A stretch of DNA of 64,000 nucleotides from NCBI GenBank assembly GCA_965113315.1, contig OZ220375.1. The stretch is one strand, 5' to 3'. The translations under genes were made by a program, and so were the position numbers. Below are positions 63,992 through 64,000 of this stretch, in pieces. The notes below the pieces were generated by a model. The model ran no database searches. It was given only the letters and a program-made list of their open reading frames with translations, and was not told the DNA's origin. The DNA is from Podarcis vaucheri (Eukaryota). The number at the start of each line of letters is the position of its first letter. The first letter of the stretch is position 1.

Positions 63992-64000
63992 GGCGGGCGA
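63560..64000 (-). promoter_or_regulatory. CpG island over DCAF7 exon 1 (continues beyond window)
   Basis: High GC and CpG density around the first coding exon. Confidence 0.8.
63854..63991 (-). CDS. DCAF7: DCAF7 exon 1
   Basis: [46 protein letters not shown], donor GTGGG, in CpG island. Confidence 0.97.

Overview
Vertebrate genomic DNA, most likely a lacertid-type lizard (Sauria SINEs, squamate L2/Penelope/MITE families). The window holds three complete multi-exon coding sequences reconstructed from splice sites and protein motifs: LIMD2 (+, 4 coding exons, 128 aa), MAP3K3/MEKK3 (-, 16 constitutive coding exons giving 626 aa, plus a 75-nt cassette exon) and DCAF7 (-, 7 exons, 342 aa). This is the human 17q23.3 gene order in reverse, but TACO1 is not seen between DCAF7 and MAP3K3. 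The window opens inside an uninterrupted L1 ORF2 with its 3' UTR and poly(A). Introns carry many TEs: Tc1/mariner-type and hAT MITEs, L2, Rex/Babar, SINEs, and a Penelope-like element. The most notable signals are a pair of inverted minimal hammerhead ribozyme motifs in the Penelope pseudo-LTRs, a poly-arginine uORF upstream of the MAP3K3 start, back-to-back poly(A) signals for the convergent LIMD2/MAP3K3 pair, two SINEs with overlapping target sites beside the cassette exon, and an inverted-flank rearrangement around a MITE. There is one 142-nt N gap (32042-32183). All homology statements are from recall; no searches were run.
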